Source: an uncultured Gammaproteobacteria bacterium (GTDB lineage Bacteria; Patescibacteriota; Microgenomatia; Levybacterales; UBA12049). From it: a stretch of 44,688 nt of DNA. Shown piece by piece: positions 36,770 through 43,264 of this stretch; within the stretch, counting starts at the first letter, position 1, and every line of letters begins with the position of its first letter. A program made the translations under genes and the position numbers. Below the pieces are notes generated by a model. The model searched no databases, had not been told where the DNA came from, and saw nothing but the letters and a program-made list of their open reading frames with translations. The DNA is taken from positions 1-44,688 of the forward strand of contig CAZOHC010000006.1 in NCBI GenBank assembly GCA_964579845.1, read 5' to 3'.

Positions 36770-37242
36770 CTTCTCGTCATTCTTGAGGAGATGCACGTTA
36801 AAAAGGGAGAGAGAAATTTGTAATAGATTGACCGGGACTATCCGTGTCAGGCATTAGCTTCGGTCCCACAACGAGCTTTGTGGGCCAGAAGCTGATGCTT
36901 GCCGGAAGGTTCCGCTAAGAGGATCTCACCTACTTGGTATATTGTTCGACAATATATGAGTATTTGAGCCCTTTCGGCAACGCATCAGCACTATATTAAG
37001 ACCGAATAATTTTCGGAAGATCGCTTGAACCAAGCGGTGACGGTGTTGCGAAAGGTGACACAATCATCGCTCCGAAAGGAGATAGTGATGTAGCAGTCAG
37101 TTGCTCCGGGAACGCCCGAAAAGACGCACACGCCCGAAAAAGCACCCGTTTTTACGGGTGCGCCACCCGAGTCACGACAGTGATATTCACTGCACGGCAA
37201 GGGATCAGGCAACATCGGGGAGGCACCAGTCGGCGCCTCCCC
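36770..37242 (+). ncRNA. Candidate structured noncoding transcript U2 (P2 to the hairpin at 37217-37242)
   Basis: No credible ORF. It contains motif copy 2, CTCC-gaaa-GGAG (37070-37081) and GCACCCGT-tttt-ACGGGTGC (37142-37161). It ends in the GC-rich hairpin GGGGAGGC..GCCTCCCC. Confidence 0.45.
36849..36900 (+). ncRNA. Conserved hairpin motif, copy 2
   Basis: Outer stem AGGCAUUAGC/GCUGAUGCUU and inner stem CCCACA/UGUGGG. It shares the UUCGGUCC, ACGAGCU and GGCCAGAA elements with copy 1. Confidence 0.5.
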
Positions 37243-37250
37243 ACTTTCTA
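37217..37250 (+). terminator. Terminator-like GC hairpin with a weak U tract
   Basis: GGGGAGGC-accagtcggc-GCCTCCCC followed by actttcta. Confidence 0.4.
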
Positions 37251-37443
37251 TTACAAATAATACGGCACGCAGACTAATGACATCATTCCATCATCGAAAT
37301 TGCGGTGATTCGAACGATACTGAGGCTAATTGTGCCCAATACAAATCGCGTTTACGCGACTCATCTCACTCCCTTTTTTCATTCGCTCCAAAATCCCCTG
37401 ATACTTGATACTTTCCCCTTTATACCTTTAAGGCTGAGTAGCC

Positions 37444-37472
37444 TTGACGAATTCCCTTACCGAGCGTATAAT
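37444..37472 (+). promoter_or_regulatory. P3: consensus sigma70 promoter
   Basis: TTGACG, a 17-nt spacer (aattcccttaccgagcg), then TATAAT. Confidence 0.6.
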
Positions 37473-37478
37473 CCCGAT

Positions 37479-38306
37479 ACGACATTTACTTGTACGATAT
37501 TTGATTCGTATCTCATGTAAAATGCTCGCCTATTTTGTATTCTGATGTACTGCACAATGCGGTATGCAGAAGATCTTTGACAAGGTACAGAGGAACATTG
37601 AGAGATACCGGAGGGTATTTTCCTTCCCTGCATAAAACACCAGCCAAGACGTTCGGTATACGTGAAAATGCAAAGGTCAAAATGCAAAAGTATGGTCATC
37701 CTGAATTGATTTTCAGGATCAACTTAAACTTTTTATCTGAATTTTTGCCTTTTACCTTTTAAAATTTGAATTCACCGTATCACCGTAGGTGTTGGCCGGT
37801 GTTTTGTGATGGGGATCGATACGAGCCTCCAACTCACTCCCGAAATCAGTAGAAGTCCCCGTACTCTACGGTTAGAGGAATTCGTGACTCGTCACGAAAC
37901 ATCGGCGCCACTCTCCTAGGTGGAGAGTTCGTGCCCGGAGGGCAATATGACAGGTTCGCTCACTGTCGATAGGAGGTCAATCTTTATGAACGATCCACCC
38001 TCGACTGAAGCGCCGTCTGAAGCGATCGCCTAAGAGCTTTTAGTTTGCTCTGCTCAGGCCGATCGTTTCACCGGAGGGTGTAGCATTACACCCTCCACTT
38101 ACTTTGAATTCTAACCGCGAAGCCCGGTGTGCTGTGACCCCCACTTGCAGGCACACCCGCTTTGCATTCCGGAAGGAAACATCATCCATCCATCCCGATG
38201 GTGTTTTCTTCCATCCCGAGTTTGAAGTGGTGGCCTACCTTCTCTCCCCCACCACTTCAGCTCATGCAGGAAGACCTGTTCAACAGGTCTTCCTGCCCTT
38301 TTTCAT
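37479..38306 (+). ncRNA. Candidate ~830-nt noncoding (or micro-ORF leader) transcript U3, from P3 to a strong terminator
   Basis: It is bounded by P3 and the 14-bp terminator at 38266. Only a 15-codon ORF has an RBS. Helices include GGAGGGTGT-agcatt-ACACCCTCC and GAAGTGGTGG..CCACCACTTC. Confidence 0.5.
37695..37723. repeat. R10: minimal outer-arm-only version of the palindrome family
   Basis: GTCATCCTGAA-ttgatt-TTCAGGATCAAC. Confidence 0.5.
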
Positions 38307-38310
38307 TTTC
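38266..38310 (+). terminator. Strong rho-independent terminator
   Basis: GCAGGAAGACCTGT-tca-ACAGGTCTTCCTGC followed by CCTTTTTCATTTTC. Confidence 0.8.
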
Positions 38311-38494
38311 TCTCACGATACTGCACGACGAGTGCCTCAATCACCTTCACCATTTTGCGGTGAATCGTGCCTGACGCATGTACGCCTGCCATTCGGCAGA
38401 CACGTTTTGTGTTGTATTCCGGCTCGTTTTTTAACGGCCACTCTGTACCTTGTTTTTTCTATCCCCCCTTCAAGCCTGACTTCTCCCCCTCATT

Positions 38495-38586
38495 GTCATT
38501 CTGAGGTGTCTACCGAAGAATCCCTTCTGTATGAGACCCCTGTCTGCCGGCAGGCAAGGCTTCATCCTTTCAGTCTTCAGGATGAC
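38495..38586. repeat. R4: degenerate palindrome copy with an internal insertion
   Basis: gtcattctgaggtgtctaccgaagaatccc...cagtcttcaggatgac. Confidence 0.6.
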
Positions 38587-38845
38587 AGATTAGTTGTGGG
38601 TCTACTTCTGTGAAAATTCTTGTTTTAACGCACAAAATCCGTGAAAAATATTGAGTAAACGCACGAAGAGCTTTCAGGTATGGTACGACGACAATCGGTA
38701 TCGAAGCGCGTATGGTGAGGAGTCATACATAGCTCGTTAAATGCCGTTCATCGTTACCTCTTATCGATACGAGCTTCCTAACCGTAAGACACATCTACTA
38801 AGATCCTCATCTTCTAGTAACGATATCTCTTCCTAATGATGAGTC

Positions 38846-38874
38846 TTGACAAGACCTATAGGATATGCTAGTAT
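38846..38874 (+). promoter_or_regulatory. P4: sigma70-like promoter of the same family, upstream of the ribozyme and small-gene operon
   Basis: TTGACA, a 17-nt spacer (agacctataggatatgc), then TAGTAT. It shares the internal CTATAGG element with P1. Confidence 0.45.
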
Positions 38875-39070
38875 AACTCAACAATTCTGCCCGGATGGAT
38901 AAACACCTCAGGGCTGAAGAAGTACTTTAACAATTCAGCTCGAAACACTCACCGCATCCTTTCTGATGCATACATTCCCTATTTATGACCGGAGACAAGA
39001 GTCTAACTCAGAGCTATTTTGCGTTCTGAGCAACCGGACTCTTATCTTCTGTCGTAAGTAAGAAGTACAT

Positions 39071-39130
39071 GTCATTCTGAACAACCGTGAAGAATCCCTA
39101 TATGAGATCCTTCGCTCCGCTCAGGATGAC
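39071..39130. repeat. R5: compact palindrome copy
   Basis: GTCATTCTGA-acaaccgt-GAAGAATC-cctatatga-GATCCTTC-gctccgc-TCAGGATGAC. Confidence 0.8.
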
Positions 39131-39479
39131 AAATTTCTTTGACCGAGTCATCACGTCAAACGCGACAGGGACTCGATCTGTTTAATCTGGGATTCTGCTC
39201 TGCAGAAGTTCTTTAATAAGGCGAATACGTATAAAAGGAGTTCAAAGGGCAAAAGGCAAAAGTCAAAACGCCTAATACAGCCTTAGGGCTGCTTGTGGTG
39301 CAAAATGATGGATGCGTGAGAATATTGAGCTTCGTAACAGAGATATCTCATAATCGACAGCGGTTAAGGGGGTATGGTTTCATTCAAATGGATTTGAAAC
39401 GATACTCTTTATCCGCTGTTGATATACAAAAGTAACTTTTCATTTTTTACTCCCTTCCCTATCATACTTATATCGCCTT

Positions 39480-39538
39480 ACTGTCTACGCCTCATCGGCG
39501 TACTGATGAGTCCCGCTTTTAAGCAAGGACGAAACAGT
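39480..39538 (+). ncRNA. Hammerhead ribozyme A (type III, compact); predicted cleavage after C39485
   Basis: ACUGU-C|UACGCC-ucauc-GGCGUA-CUGAUGA-GUCC..GGAC-GAA-ACAGU. All invariant core positions are present and stems I, II and III pair. Confidence 0.85.
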
Positions 39539-39597
39539 GTTCTTTAACAAGGCATCGAGATCATCTAAACGGCTCAGAGCCGTGTGGTGATCGAAGA

Positions 39598-39631
39598 GTT
39601 AGAAAAATTCAGAATTTTTCTAACCGTTTTA
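39598..39631 (+). terminator. AT-rich 12-bp hairpin plus a short U tract (attenuator or terminator-like)
   Basis: GTTAGAAAAATT-cag-AATTTTTCTAAC followed by cgtttta. Confidence 0.4.
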
Positions 39632-39766
39632 ACAGATTAGCCCTTTATGAGCAGATGGTCCCTAAGGGGGGTTGGTTCGGATCCACTTCAGGCATCCGTA
39701 CGAACCTCTTTAAGGGCCATTTGCCCTTCCCCGCAGCAATGTCGCTCGGTAAAGGAAAGGGTAAAA

Positions 39767-39922
39767 ATGATCTGGAAAATCTTTCGTCATTTTCTTTCCG
39801 CCATCATTCGGTGGTGGGAGAAGAAGACCGCGCTGCCAAGCTGGGAGCGTGAGAACGCTCCATTCTACAGCGGATATGATCCGCTAGATCGGTACAGGAG
39901 GAAGGAAAATGGGAACTGTTAA
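39767..39922 (+). CDS. Small hypothetical protein (51 aa)
   Basis: ATG preceded by AAAGGAAAGGG. The product is MIWKIFRHFLSAIIRWWEKK... It overlaps the next ORF by 14 nt. Confidence 0.35.
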   Translation: MIWKIFRHFLSAIIRWWEKKTALPSWERENAPFYSGYDPLDRYRRKENGNC

Positions 39923-40247
39923 AAAATTTCCACTCGACAGAGTCCGTCCGCCGGACTTTTACGCGGAAGATTACCCGCGGGGTCCAGCACGGATAAAACC
40001 TATCCCAGGCTCTCTCCCCGAGTTCTCTCCGGGAGACAGGTTCCTCCTCGAGCGTGATGATGAGAGTAATGACCTTTTTGAAGGTCAGACGCTCACCGTC
40101 CTACAGGAGTTTCTTAACCTCGTCGTGTACGAGGTCGAGGAGTTTCCTGGTGTAAAGCTCTACCTCGAGAGGTGGGAGTTTGATATGCTCCGCCTCAATC
40201 AGGTGATGATCTACCTACCTCCGGCAATCGAGCCGGGGGTGAAGTAG
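39909..40247 (+). CDS. Hypothetical protein (112 aa)
   Basis: AGGAGG lies 7 nt upstream of the ATG. No family was recognised. Confidence 0.6.
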   Translation: MGTVKKFPLDRVRPPDFYAEDYPRGPARIKPIPGSLPEFSPGDRFLLERDDESNDLFEGQTLTVLQEFLNLVVYEVEEFPGVKLYLERWEFDMLRLNQVMIYLPPAIEPGVK

Positions 40248-40298
40248 AACAGTAGGCAACTGTGCCTGCTGAACGAAACAAATCCCAAGGAGGGATAA

Positions 40299-40514
40299 AT
40301 GATTTTCTTGCTCATTCCGCTGGCTGCCCTCTTCGCGGTGTGGGTCTACTGTGACCTGCATCCGACCCAGGCAGTCATGCCCTGCCGCGTTCGGCGGGCA
40401 GACTGGGACCTGGGAGTAAGGCAGAATGCTCTGCTCCCCGAGGGAGCGGTGAATACTGTCATCGGCGAGAGCCGGTGGTACATACGCCCGAAGCGGGCGG
40501 ACTTCGCCCGCTAA
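40299..40514 (+). CDS. Small membrane protein (71 aa)
   Basis: AAGGAGGG RBS and the N-terminal TM helix MIFLLIPLAALFAVWVY. Confidence 0.55.
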   Translation: MIFLLIPLAALFAVWVYCDLHPTQAVMPCRVRRADWDLGVRQNALLPEGAVNTVIGESRWYIRPKRADFAR

Positions 40515-40662
40515 TAATCTGTTAATAATGTCTTCGGTGCACCGCACCGCTATCTGATCCGTTTTTGTAATGGATTATGAAGGCATGTCGGTGCTGCCGA
40601 TAGATGAACTACATAACGTAGTTCCGAGATGCCTTCAATCCCGGCAGGTCTTCGTACCTGCC

Positions 40663-40808
40663 GGGCTTATCGTCAGCTCAAAGCTGGCCTGATGAGTCCA
40701 TGCTCAAAACTCTGTCATTCTGAAGCCAACTGCTGAAGAATCTCTATATGAGATCCTTCCCTACGCTCCAGGATAACGAAAATTTGAGCTGAGGACGAAA
40801 TACGTTCT
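40663..40808 (+). ncRNA. Hammerhead ribozyme B (type III, long stem II); predicted cleavage after C40671
   Basis: GGGCUUAU-C|GUCAGCU-caa-AGCUGGC-CUGAUGA-GUCC..[R6]..GGAC-GAA-AUACGUUC. The core is intact. Stem I has one G.U pair and stem III has one mismatch. Confidence 0.7.
40714..40777. repeat. R6: palindrome copy forming the distal stem II of hammerhead B
   Basis: gtcattctgaagccaactgctgaagaatctctatatgagatccttccctacgctccaggataac. Confidence 0.75.
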
Positions 40809-40972
40809 TCAGAGATGAATTCAACTGAATTCTCCTTTGGAGAAGTTCTTTAAAAGAGAGAAATGATAACGAGGCATCGGCAGCAAGTTCCGCCACCACG
40901 GAATTTCCTGCCGATGCTTGGTAAGTCGGTCACCTTCTCCGGTGACTCGGAGAAAAAGGGAGGAACAAAACC

Positions 40973-41461
40973 ATGTTGGTGGATACTTCTATTTTAACCG
41001 CTCAATTCAACACTATGCTCGAGAATAACGAGCTAGCTGAGGGCTCCGCCCTCTTCTCGTTCATCGATGAACTTGAGAAGGCGGAGGAAACGCTCCGCGT
41101 CAGGAGCATTCACATTCCGTTCCTTCGGGAACGCATGCTGGAGCTCCGAGAAGCAGGAGAGCGCATCTCCGAAGCGTTCGGTGGTGAACTGAGGGATACT
41201 CTAGATATCCCCCTGAGTGATATCGACGAATATCCTGATGAAGGAGATGATGACTTGCTGTCGCAAGTCGATGACGTCATCCTCCACGGCAAGCTCGATG
41301 AGGCGTACATTCTTCAGAAGAAGATGAACGCCAGAAAGTCGCGCATCAAGGTCGACCTCGACCAACTGGCCAACCAGGACAAAGGCCGAGCGATTATCGA
41401 AGAGCTGCTGGCACATGCCCGGGCGTTTTTATCGCGCACGGCAAAGCGCTACGCAGCGTAG
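40973..41461 (+). CDS. Acidic helical hypothetical protein (162 aa)
   Basis: AGGGAGGA RBS lies 8 nt upstream of the ATG. The ORF is followed by the hairpin at 41471-41500. Confidence 0.65.
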   Translation: MLVDTSILTAQFNTMLENNELAEGSALFSFIDELEKAEETLRVRSIHIPFLRERMLELREAGERISEAFGGELRDTLDIPLSDIDEYPDEGDDDLLSQVDDVILHGKLDEAYILQKKMNARKSRIKVDLDQLANQDKGRAIIEELLAHARAFLSRTAKRYAA

Positions 41462-41470
41462 AATTTATCT

Positions 41471-41500
41471 GTGTGCGGTTGTCTCCGGACAGCCGCACAC
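41471..41500 (+). terminator. 13-bp hairpin with a UCCG loop after ORF 40973-41461 (3'-end stabiliser or terminator)
   Basis: GTGTGCGGTTGTC-tccg-GACAGCCGCACAC. The following sequence is only moderately U-rich. Confidence 0.4.
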
Positions 41501-41514
41501 ATTCATTTCTCTCA

Positions 41515-41655
41515 TTCTGTTTACGCCTCATCGGCGTACTGATGAGTCCATACTCAAACTCTGTCATTCTGAAGCCAACGGCTGAAGAATCTCTCTACAA
41601 GAGGTCCTTCCCTACGCTCCAGGATGACTAGTGAGGAGCTGAGGACGAAACAGAA
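41515..41655 (+). ncRNA. Hammerhead ribozyme C (type III, long stem II); predicted cleavage after U41521
   Basis: UUCUGU-U|UACGCC-ucauc-GGCGUA-CUGAUGA-GUCC..[R7]..GGAC-GAA-ACAGAA. Confidence 0.8.
41563..41628. repeat. R7: palindrome copy forming the distal stem II of hammerhead C
   Basis: gtcattctgaagccaacggctgaagaatctctctacaagaggtccttccctacgctccaggatgac. Confidence 0.75.
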
Positions 41656-41874
41656 GTTCTTTGACAAGGCATAGTCGAGGTCGCCTTTGGCGACCGAAGT
41701 AACTTTTCAGGAAGTACTTACTATACATTCTAAAAAGTTCCAATTTTTATAAACACCTTCTTTCCTTTTCCCGAGGACGATACAGGTGCCGGTGATTGGG
41801 TATCGTGGAAAAATCTTCGTCCACGATGCCTGTTCTCCGGCACACTGGTCCGGGAAATCAAAAGGAGGAAAATC

Positions 41875-42234
41875 GTGGTTAAGGTTCATGTACTTAACGC
41901 GCTTGACGCCATCGATCAATTGGAGGAAGAATTTCTTCTCAACGATGAGGACGAAGCAGCGGCGAGAGAAAGGCTCGAGCGAGAGCTTGAGGAACAAATG
42001 GCCGAGGACGTAGTCCAGAAGGCTGTAATAGCCTTCCAAAAGGGATTCACAGTCTCGTGCGATAAGCACGAGAGCAGTGTGTCCCCTGAGGGACGCTTTT
42101 CTCTCAATCATCCGGATGAAGATTGCCATCTGTGCAATTGGATTCTGATGAAGTGGAGACAGCGGCAAGACGAAGAAAGAAAGAGGTTTTACGAAAATCG
42201 CAACTTTCTTCGCCGAAACGAACTTGACTACTGA
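41875..42234 (+). CDS. Hypothetical protein (119 aa), acidic N-terminus with Cys/His cluster
   Basis: GTG start 6 nt after AAGGAGG. The stop overlaps the RBS of the next gene. Confidence 0.6.
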   Translation: MVKVHVLNALDAIDQLEEEFLLNDEDEAAARERLERELEEQMAEDVVQKAVIAFQKGFTVSCDKHESSVSPEGRFSLNHPDEDCHLCNWILMKWRQRQDEERKRFYENRNFLRRNELDY

Positions 42235-42245
42235 GGAGGTCTTCC

Positions 42246-42650
42246 ATGAAGCTTCTTTTCCTTGTACTCTTGTTTGCGTCCACACTCGTCTCCCCCGTTC
42301 ATGCGGAGGAGTACGCCCGGCCAGGATCGACGAAAGGTCAGGTGACGACTGATATCGTGTCACCTGAAGCCTTTCAGAAAGACATGAACGCTCGCATCAC
42401 CGGTCGTGGGGAATTCATTTTCCCCGATGGCGCGAACCAAGCAATTTTCGTCGACAAGACATGTACCAGCACGCTGAACATGTCTGTTCCATTCTTTAAG
42501 TGGAACGAGGCGTTGGGCGATCATGAAGTACTCGCAATTCACTTCAACTACAAGGTGGAGTTGTATGGCGAGTATCGGAGCGATTACGCTCGAGAGGGAT
42601 TGTACCTCTATGGCGTATGCGAGGGGGTTTTCAACCTCGCATACGAGTAA
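42246..42650 (+). CDS. Secreted hypothetical protein (134 aa)
   Basis: GAGGAGG RBS and the signal peptide MKLLFLVLLFASTLVSPVHA. Confidence 0.65.
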   Translation: MKLLFLVLLFASTLVSPVHAEEYARPGSTKGQVTTDIVSPEAFQKDMNARITGRGEFIFPDGANQAIFVDKTCTSTLNMSVPFFKWNEALGDHEVLAIHFNYKVELYGEYRSDYAREGLYLYGVCEGVFNLAYE

Positions 42651-42660
42651 AGGAGGAACT

Positions 42661-42987
42661 GTGCTCTACACTGCAGGATGGGCAATAATTTGGGTCCTTT
42701 TGATCCTATTTATTGGCCTCCTACTCCGATTTACTTGGTCTGTGGCGAAAGTTTACGTTGCCATGGGGATGGGGTATCTGAGGCAGATACAATCGCCACC
42801 AACATCATACTCCTCCTCTAGCTGGCCAACCACCGTTGCAGAGACGGAAATCGATCAATACCCGGAGGAAGAAGTCATCGACGAAGATCTGTGGGAAGAT
42901 TTGGGGATAGGCCCTGAAATCGAAGTAACCGGCATCATTCAGATTGCCGATTACGCTAACGACTGGAGTGAAAGGAGACTTACGTGA
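42661..42987 (+). CDS. Small membrane protein with an acidic tail ending NDWSERRLT
   Basis: GTG 42661 follows AGGAGG. The TM helix is WAIIWVLLILFIGLLLRF. The stop overlaps the next start (GTGA). The ORF track start (42523) overlaps the upstream gene. Confidence 0.55.
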   Translation: MLYTAGWAIIWVLLILFIGLLLRFTWSVAKVYVAMGMGYLRQIQSPPTSYSSSSWPTTVAETEIDQYPEEEVIDEDLWEDLGIGPEIEVTGIIQIADYANDWSERRLT

Positions 42988-43184
42988 ATGTTCTGAAACT
43001 CTTGTTCGATCTCCTCTCCGGAACAGGTGTGTTCCGAAGGGGAATCGAGTATCCGGTGGAAACGCCGATAATACTTGAAAATGGTGAGAAATGGTATGCC
43101 TCCGATGAATTCGGAGGAGGCGTCAGTTACTTCTCAAACAACGACCGCAAGGTTGTTTATCCGGGATCAGCTGATCCCGTCTAG
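42984..43184 (+). CDS. Hypothetical protein (66 aa)
   Basis: GTG start 6 nt after AAAGGAG, translationally coupled to the preceding ORF. Confidence 0.5.
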   Translation: MNVLKLLFDLLSGTGVFRRGIEYPVETPIILENGEKWYASDEFGGGVSYFSNNDRKVVYPGSADPV

Positions 43185-43264
43185 CGTTCGCTATAGTGAA
43201 CAGGAGGCGGTATCGGTGAAGTCACCGGAACCTTTGCTGCTGAATCTTCGCAGCACGACATGCC

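Noticed and set aside
38104-38613. 169-aa plus-strand ORF in the track (also 38162-38374, 37535-37762, 36485-36796 and 36991-37215)
   Set aside because: It has a TTG start and no RBS. It runs straight through the strong terminator at 38266 and repeat R4, and its composition is odd. The others likewise overlap repeats or hairpins. All are treated as noncoding.
39071-39130. Using G.U pairs in the palindromes to assign the functional RNA strand
   Set aside because: The outer-arm mismatch is U.G on the plus strand, but the inner-arm mismatch is A/C on the plus strand (G.U on the minus strand). The two signals conflict, so no strand inference can be made.
41707-42363. 218-aa minus-strand ORF
   Set aside because: It is antisense to two RBS-equipped, coupled plus-strand genes (41875-42234 and 42246-42650), lacks an RBS and crosses their intergenic junction.
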